Assembly (NCBI GenBank): GCA_032718475.1
Contig: JAUCBJ010006975.1
Location: forward strand, 1-64,000
Direction of reading: 5' to 3'
Source: Nemertoderma westbladi
Lineage: Eukaryota; Animalia; Xenacoelomorpha
Length of the DNA stretch: 64,000 nucleotides
Shown here: positions 58,113 to 64,000 of the stretch, in pieces
How the letters are laid out: each line of letters opens with the position of its first letter
Position numbering within the stretch: position 1 is the first letter of the stretch
The notes under the pieces: model-generated
The model's database searches: none
What the model saw: the letters and a program-made list of their open reading frames with translations, nothing else
Told to the model about the DNA's origin: nothing
Made by a program: the position numbers and the translations under genes

Positions 58113-61100
58113 TTGGTAGCAGAGCGTCGGCTGATTCTTTGAAAGTTCCACCGGTATTAGATACAGCAAATTATAGCACATGGAAGAAAGAGGTTGCTTT
58201 GTGGAAGACTGTAACGTCATTGAAACAGAATCAATTGGGTTCAGCACTAGTTTTATCGCTTACGGGAAAAGCGAAAGTTGCAGCAATGGAGATCGAGCAA
58301 GATATATTAACATCAGTTACTGGTTTTCAAGAAGTTCTCGAACTGTTGGACAAGTTGTATTTAAAAAGTGAGGATGAAAGGGCGTTCGAAGCCTACGAGA
58401 ATTTTGAGAGCTATTTGCGTAAACCGAATGATAAACTGGATGACTATTTGATTCAGTTTGACAATCTGTATGCGAAAGTTCGAGGACATAACATGCACTT
58501 GCCACAGGGTGTTCTGGCGTATCGCCTTTTGAAGGGTTGTAATCTCGAGAAACCAATGGAACAACTCGTGAGGGCTACGGTAAATAGGTTCACCTACGAT
58601 GCGATGCGTGAAACTTTAAAGCGTTTGGCGAATCAACGAACAAAAACGCCGGTGGAAGTTGGTGACTCTATTATTAAACTCGAAGAAGTTAATGAAGCGG
58701 TTGGTGGCGATGAACACTCGGATATGTCGGAAGTTTTTTATGGGCAATCGGGATATCGTCGAGGAGGATTTAGCCAGCAGTACGGTGGTGGTGGGTCCGG
58801 ATATTTTCGCGGAGCACTTGGGGGAATTCCACGTAATAGATTTGGCCGTCCAACTGGTCAGTTTAATACCAACAGTCAGATGCGTGGTGGGGGAGTAGCT
58901 GGTTCATTTCGGCAGTGGAATGTTCCTGGACGGCAGTTTGGTGGTAGTAATAACACAACTTCGTCAACAAATCGTCTTTCAGGGAATGGAAACTTTGATC
59001 CTGGTTGTTTTGTGTGCGGTTCAAGGTTTCATTTAAGGAGAGATTGTCCAGAAGTTACACGGGTTTATAATACAGAGGTAGATGATGGTGAGTACGAGCA
59101 CGAGGAGGTTCACATTACTTTGTTTACTGGGGAGGAGAAAGAAGATTTTGTAGCTGAGGAATTGGGATTTGCGATATTGGATTCTGGTTGCAGTCGTACT
59201 GTGTGTGGTACAACTTGGTACAGCTGCTACTTGGATAGTCTAACATCTGAGCAGAGAGAACGCATTGTTGAAAAGGATTCTTCAGTACGATTTCGATTTG
59301 GTTCTGGAGAATCAGTAGCTTCGATAAAAAATGTAAAAATTCCAGCATGTATTGCAAATGAAAATATATTCATTTCTACAGAAGTCGTGAATTGTGATAT
59401 TCCTTTGTTATTAAGCAAACAGTCAATGCAAAAGGCTCGCACACATATGAATTTTGAAAAGGGAACAATCACCATGTTGGGTAAAGAAATCACTCCAGTT
59501 CGGAATAGAGCAGGGCATTTTTGTATACATATTGCACCTAATTGTTCTTCAAATGTGGCATATTTTCTCGAACAAATATCAAATGTGAATTCTGATGTTA
59601 AACATATTGCATTGAAGCTGCATAGACAGTTTGCACATGCAGACACAAAACGTATTATCACTTTACTCAAGCGTGCTGAGTGTTGGAGTTCGGAATTAGA
59701 ACAAGCCTTACATTGTGTGAGAGATAATTGTGAAGTTTGTAAGCGAATCCGTAGAGCACCACCTCGTCCAGTTGTTTGTCAACCATTAGCAACAACATTC
59801 AATGAAGGATTAGCTATTGATCTAAAATTTATAAATGGTCATCCTATTTTACATATGGTGGATTTAGCAACACGTTACCGTGCAGCTGCGGTTTTATCAA
59901 ATAAAAAGCCTGAATCTGTTATTCAAGGGATGTTTACTGGATGGATTTCAAATTTTGGTGTTCCAAATAAAGTCTTGGCTGACAACGGTGGAGAATTTTA
60001 TAATGACGAATTTGTTAGTATGGCTGATAACTGTAATATTGAGATATTACCAACTGCGGCAGAATCCCCTTTCAGTAATGGAGTCTGTGAACGTCAGAAT
60101 GCAGTATTGGGTGATGATGTACTTAAAATAATGCAAGATTGTCATGTAAATCTCAATATTGCTGTTGCTTGGGCTGTTGCTGCACGAAACAGTTTGACTA
60201 ATGTGCATGGTTTCTCACCGAGCCAGGTTGCTATAGGACTCAATCCAAAAATTCCAATTTTAGAGAATAGTTCTCTAGCTGCTTTGGAGGGTAAGACAAC
60301 GAGTGAGGTAGTGGCAGACAACCTAAATGCGATGCATGTGGCCCGTAGACAATTTATTGCAAATGAGTCTAGTAGTAGATTGCGCCGTGCACTTAAGCAT
60401 AATGTTAGAGCGGTCGAGTTTCAGTGTGAAAATGGGGATCGTGTATTTTACAAGCGAGAAGGTCACAAAGAATGGAAGGGACCTGGAGTTGTGATAGGTT
60501 CTGAGGGTCAAAGTGTTTATGTGAGACATGGAGGGTTTATAGTTCGAGTACATAAAACTCGAATTTGCTTAGTCAATAATTCAAATGAACGATTGACAAA
60601 TGATGTACATGACAGTGTTGTTAAAAATAATGGCGATGGAAGCATTGTCAGAAACTCTAATAATGGTGATGTTGTGCGAAGATCTGTTGATGATAGTGAT
60701 GATGATGACAATGATATCGGCAATGCCAATGATCATAATGACATGACGTTGCCTACTAATAATAGTTCAAATGAAACCGAAAGTGGAAAACAACCATGGG
60801 TGTCTATTGTTGCAAATAGTAATGTTAAAGCTGGGCAACGTATTAAATACACCGATTCTGATAATGTTATTTGTGGAAGAATATTAAGTCGAGCTGGTAA
60901 GGCAAGTGGTAAATATAGGAACTGTTGGAATATTGAATTGCCTAGTGGTAAATCTTGGGTGAATCTAGATGAAGTTTCGGATTATGAAATTGTTCCTGAT
61001 GATGAAGAGGTAATGATTACGGTAACTTCAGGATTGAAAGATGCTAAAGAAAAGGAGTTAAGTACATGGAAGGAACAAGGTGTTGTGAAAGTTGTTCCAT

Positions 61101-62521
61101 ATTCTGGTCAGTCTCTTGTGTCTACACGCTGGGTCATTACAGAGAAAGTTGTTAATGGCAATGATGTTGTCAAAGCCCGCCTTGTAGTTCGGGGATTTGA
61201 AGAACAGTTTGGTGGTCGAACAGATTCGCCTACATGTAATAAAGATAATATTCGTCTCGTGTTGTTTCTGATTTCATCATACGGTTGGACAATAAATAGT
61301 CTCGACATTAAGTGTGCTTTCTTACAGGGTTTCACCATCGATCGTGAAATATTCGTGAAGCCACCACCAGAGGCTATGGTAGATGGAGTTTGGCAGTTAA
61401 TGAAGACTGTGTATGGTCTAAATGATGCCCCACGAGCATGGTATATGAAACTTCGGGGGACCTTAACGAATTTAGGATTGACTGCTTGTCCCGAGGATCC
61501 AGCTTTGTTTTATTATAAGAAAGATGGAGAAATTCAGGGGTTGTTATGCATTCATGTTGATGATATCCTGTGGGGAGGTAACTCATACTTCAAGAACAAT
61601 ATTGTTGCGAAAATATGTAGTATATTTGAAATTCGTTCAACAGCAGCACTGGCTTTTAAATATCTTGGTATTGATGTAAAACAAACCGATCATGAAATTG
61701 AAATTAGTCAATTTCGATACGCTCAGCTTCTAACAGAACTTCCAATCTCGCAATATGCTGAAGTTGATAGACCATTAACATCCAATGAAATCTCTGATTA
61801 TCGAACACGAGTAGGAGCTATATCATGGCTTGCCAATCAAAGTCGCCCTGATTTAAGTTTTGATGCTTCTTATCTAAGTTCACAGGCAAAGCATCCTATA
61901 GTTGGTGATGCTAAGTACCTCAATAAGGTAATTCGTAAAGCCAAACAATCATTAGCTGCTGGTCTGCAATTTGATACTACCTATTTTAAACCTTCAAGTG
62001 CAGCATTAGCAGTATTTACAGATGCTTCACTTGGTAATGCAGTTGGTTTCTCTTCTCAAGGTGGATATATGATCTTTTTAGCTACAGTAAACAATGGTCA
62101 AGAAACAAGCAACTGTTCCACCCAATCATCATATCCATTTGGAGAGGTTCAGTTGAATGGTTTATTGACATGGAAATCTGCTAAAGTTCGACGGGTTGTT
62201 AAATCTACATTAGCTGCAGAAACCTTGGCATGTGTAGACGGTGTTGAGGAGGCAATTTTCTTATCGAAAATTATTGAAAACATTATTGATGTTTCTATAC
62301 CGATAATTTGTTACACCGACAACAAATCATTACATACCGCAATTCAAACCACTAATGTACTCCGTGATAAGCGTTTAATGATCGAAATGGGAATACTAAG
62401 AGAACTATTCGAACTTGGTCGCGTGTCATTTAAATTGGTTGCAGGAACTAACCAATTGGCTGATTGTTTAACAAAGAAGGATGTGAGAAAGAAGTTCGAG
62501 ATCAAAGAAAACTATATGTAA
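58085..62521 (+). CDS. Copia Gag-Pol (Gag-CCHC, protease, integrase, RT, RNase H), 1478 aa
   Basis: CFVCGSRFHLRRDC; ILDSGC; HRQFAH..CEVC, DNGGEF, SNGVCER; KARLVVRGF, LDIKCAFLQG, VYGLNDAPRAW, HVDD; TDAS, AAE, TDNKS, QLADCLTK. Integrase precedes RT, which is the Copia order. Confidence 0.96.
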   Translation: MFKMSSNSNIGSRASADSLKVPPVLDTANYSTWKKEVALWKTVTSLKQNQLGSALVLSLTGKAKVAAMEIEQDILTSVTGFQEVLELLDKLYLKSEDERAFEAYENFESYLRKPNDKLDDYLIQFDNLYAKVRGHNMHLPQGVLAYRLLKGCNLEKPMEQLVRATVNRFTYDAMRETLKRLANQRTKTPVEVGDSIIKLEEVNEAVGGDEHSDMSEVFYGQSGYRRGGFSQQYGGGGSGYFRGALGGIPRNRFGRPTGQFNTNSQMRGGGVAGSFRQWNVPGRQFGGSNNTTSSTNRLSGNGNFDPGCFVCGSRFHLRRDCPEVTRVYNTEVDDGEYEHEEVHITLFTGEEKEDFVAEELGFAILDSGCSRTVCGTTWYSCYLDSLTSEQRERIVEKDSSVRFRFGSGESVASIKNVKIPACIANENIFISTEVVNCDIPLLLSKQSMQKARTHMNFEKGTITMLGKEITPVRNRAGHFCIHIAPNCSSNVAYFLEQISNVNSDVKHIALKLHRQFAHADTKRIITLLKRAECWSSELEQALHCVRDNCEVCKRIRRAPPRPVVCQPLATTFNEGLAIDLKFINGHPILHMVDLATRYRAAAVLSNKKPESVIQGMFTGWISNFGVPNKVLADNGGEFYNDEFVSMADNCNIEILPTAAESPFSNGVCERQNAVLGDDVLKIMQDCHVNLNIAVAWAVAARNSLTNVHGFSPSQVAIGLNPKIPILENSSLAALEGKTTSEVVADNLNAMHVARRQFIANESSSRLRRALKHNVRAVEFQCENGDRVFYKREGHKEWKGPGVVIGSEGQSVYVRHGGFIVRVHKTRICLVNNSNERLTNDVHDSVVKNNGDGSIVRNSNNGDVVRRSVDDSDDDDNDIGNANDHNDMTLPTNNSSNETESGKQPWVSIVANSNVKAGQRIKYTDSDNVICGRILSRAGKASGKYRNCWNIELPSGKSWVNLDEVSDYEIVPDDEEVMITVTSGLKDAKEKELSTWKEQGVVKVVPYSGQSLVSTRWVITEKVVNGNDVVKARLVVRGFEEQFGGRTDSPTCNKDNIRLVLFLISSYGWTINSLDIKCAFLQGFTIDREIFVKPPPEAMVDGVWQLMKTVYGLNDAPRAWYMKLRGTLTNLGLTACPEDPALFYYKKDGEIQGLLCIHVDDILWGGNSYFKNNIVAKICSIFEIRSTAALAFKYLGIDVKQTDHEIEISQFRYAQLLTELPISQYAEVDRPLTSNEISDYRTRVGAISWLANQSRPDLSFDASYLSSQAKHPIVGDAKYLNKVIRKAKQSLAAGLQFDTTYFKPSSAALAVFTDASLGNAVGFSSQGGYMIFLATVNNGQETSNCSTQSSYPFGEVQLNGLLTWKSAKVRRVVKSTLAAETLACVDGVEEAIFLSKIIENIIDVSIPIICYTDNKSLHTAIQTTNVLRDKRLMIEMGILRELFELGRVSFKLVAGTNQLADCLTKKDVRKKFEIKENYM

Positions 62522-62601
62522 CAATAACTGATTTTATACAAACTATGATTTAATGCAACAATTATTACAACAAACTTTAATTTAAAAAAATGAGGGGAGA
62601 T

Positions 62602-62776
62602 TGTGAGTACTGCAGTATTATGCTTGTGTTAGTTTGTGCCTACTGTATTGTTGTGAGTTAGTTAGGTTGGTGACTGGTGAATATGTATTGCATTGTGCAC
62701 GTGCTGATAGCAGTAAAGTTTAGTTATTAAAATACAGCAATAAGTTTAATGTTTAAAATGAGTTCTAATTCTAACA
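62602..62776 (+). repeat. Copia 3' LTR
   Basis: Same sequence as the 5' LTR, preceded by the PPT and followed by TAATC. Confidence 0.95.
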
Positions 62777-62781
62777 TAATC

Positions 62782-63323
62782 TCCGTATACGGATCTAATG
62801 TCGTAACGGTCGGCGTAATAGGTCTCGGAGGTCGCTTTCCGCTGAAGTCGATACTGATCATCGGGTTGCTCATCGGGTAACCTCCCTCGTTGTATCTAAG
62901 GAACTGGTGAGCTGGACATCGCGTTAATATCGGTTCTGGATGTTGCTCGTCTAGTCGGTCGGGAATCGCTACGTCTTGCTTATTCATGCATTCACCACAC
63001 TTGTAGAAGAGCTTGTACACGCTGAAGACTTTCGGCGTCTCCTGATCCTCGCCTCGAGTTCTCCGGTACAGATGCATTCCGTCGAACTGATCTCGGATTG
63101 CAGGTAGAGGTACTTCGTGTCGTAAATACATATTCATATGGTACAGTCGTGCGATCTCCTCATCCGGGTCTGCACTAATGTCACATACGTCCAAAGCGAA
63201 GTCGTAGGGATACCGCGTGCGATACTCTCTCCGCAAAACTTCCACCCGGTCCCCCAACGCTCTCATTCTTTCTCTCCGTAATTCTTTATCATAACTTGGC
63301 TTGTACTTTCCGTTCAGCTCCAT
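62782..63323 (-). CDS. N-terminal part of the exonuclease/zinc-knuckle protein
   Basis: Reads MELNGKY...LDPYTE. After removing the Copia and one TSD the frame continues IKPCSTPSLIETAAA into the 54892-57912 ORF. Confidence 0.75.
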
Positions 63324-63362
63324 CACGGACCGCCCATGGTAGTAAACGTTAGAGTCTTTACA

Positions 63363-64000
63363 TCCCGGACACCAATCCGTCGTCCATGTAGAAGTTTCTC
63401 AAGATGGACTCGATGACCTCTACTGGGTACTTACCAATCTGGGCTGTTGCCGTTTTCTTTAGAACAAACAGCGTGCCATTTGGACTATCGCGGGCGCCAA
63501 ATATCCTAACGTACATCTGGTATGTAACCACTGGGCCGGATAAGTCTTCATTCTCATACCAGAGAAAGCGAAGGCTATCCTGGTCTGCCTTACAGGCTCT
63601 TACCTGGTGGAACATCGCCTCGATGTCACAAGTAAATGTGAATCGCCGCTGTCTAAAACGCAACAGTATTCCAATCAAATAATTGTTCAGGTTGGGACCA
63701 TCCATCAACTCTGAATTCAGGGACATACCTCTATAGACTGCTGCGCAGTCGTTGACTACTCGGACCTTGTCTGGCTTGTCAGGGTGAGTCACATAGTGGT
63801 GTGGAAGGTAATAAGTCTGGTCTGTCACTAAGTCAGGGTCCTCTACCTTCCCAGCAAATCCCTTAGCGAAATAGTTGTTGATCTGGGCGCAATACTTCTC
63901 CCTAATGCCTGGATTCTTCAACAACCGAGCCCTTACTCCGTTCAATCTTTTCAAGGCTAAGTTATAGTTGTTCTCCAACTTAGGTGGTTGTCGACGCCAC
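63363..64000 (-). mobile_element. BEL/Pao reverse transcriptase fragment, cut just after the catalytic motif
   Basis: YYLPHH, KVRVVNDCAA, SLNSELMDGP, LLRFR, DIEAMFHQV, LRFLW, FGARDSP, NFYMDDGLVSG, then an abrupt end. Confidence 0.9.

Larger units (their letters stand above)
57938..62776 (+). mobile_element. Full-length Ty1/Copia LTR retrotransposon, GalEa-like
   Basis: 175-bp LTRs (TG...CA) at 57938-58112 and 62602-62776, identical by eye; 5-bp TSD TAATC; PBS TGGTAGCAGAGC (tRNA-iMet); PPT AAAAAAATGAGGGGAGAT; a single intact ORF. Confidence 0.96.

Noticed and set aside
62727-62781. C-terminus IMLELELILNIKLIAVF of the 199-aa ORF
   Set aside because: Read-through into the antisense Copia LTR; the original frame continues at 57937.
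63323-63337. ATG-GGC-GGT-CCG-TGATG uORF with a stop-start overlap before the exonuclease gene
   Set aside because: Too short to distinguish from chance without homologous copies.

Overview
This is AT-rich, repeat-dense metazoan genomic DNA, probably invertebrate; the species cannot be told from the sequence. There are two clear host genes. One is the 3' part of an axonemal inner-arm dynein heavy chain (DNAH1-like, + strand: exon 4833-4990 and a 6.8-kb terminal exon 6005-12814). The other is a novel-type PKC (epsilon-like, - strand, 29184-31388) with no intron in its coding region, whose putative promoter and first exon lie in a recent 1.8-kb tandem duplication. Intergenic DNA holds many MITEs with readable TIRs and target-site duplications, RTE-like LINE fragments, HINE-like repeats, mini/microsatellites and a 540-bp palindrome. 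From 43 kb to the end is a nest of LTR retrotransposons: BEL/Pao integrase and RT fragments, an open 1531-aa BEL Gag-protease ORF with in-frame pol deletions, and an intact young GalEa-type Copia (57938-62776). The top observation is that removing the Copia rejoins two minus-strand ORFs in frame into a ~1195-aa intronless protein. It has a DEDDy (WRN/EXD2/Mut-7-like) 3'-5' exonuclease domain followed by three CCHC zinc knuckles and sits among BEL/Pao sequences, making it a candidate transposon-borne RNA-trimming or anti-silencing module. Second, two diverged LTR-like copies (17.5-17.9 kb and 44.3-44.7 kb) share a covarying, possibly pseudoknotted RNA structure at their 3' end. All domain calls are by-eye motif recognition; no database searches were run.
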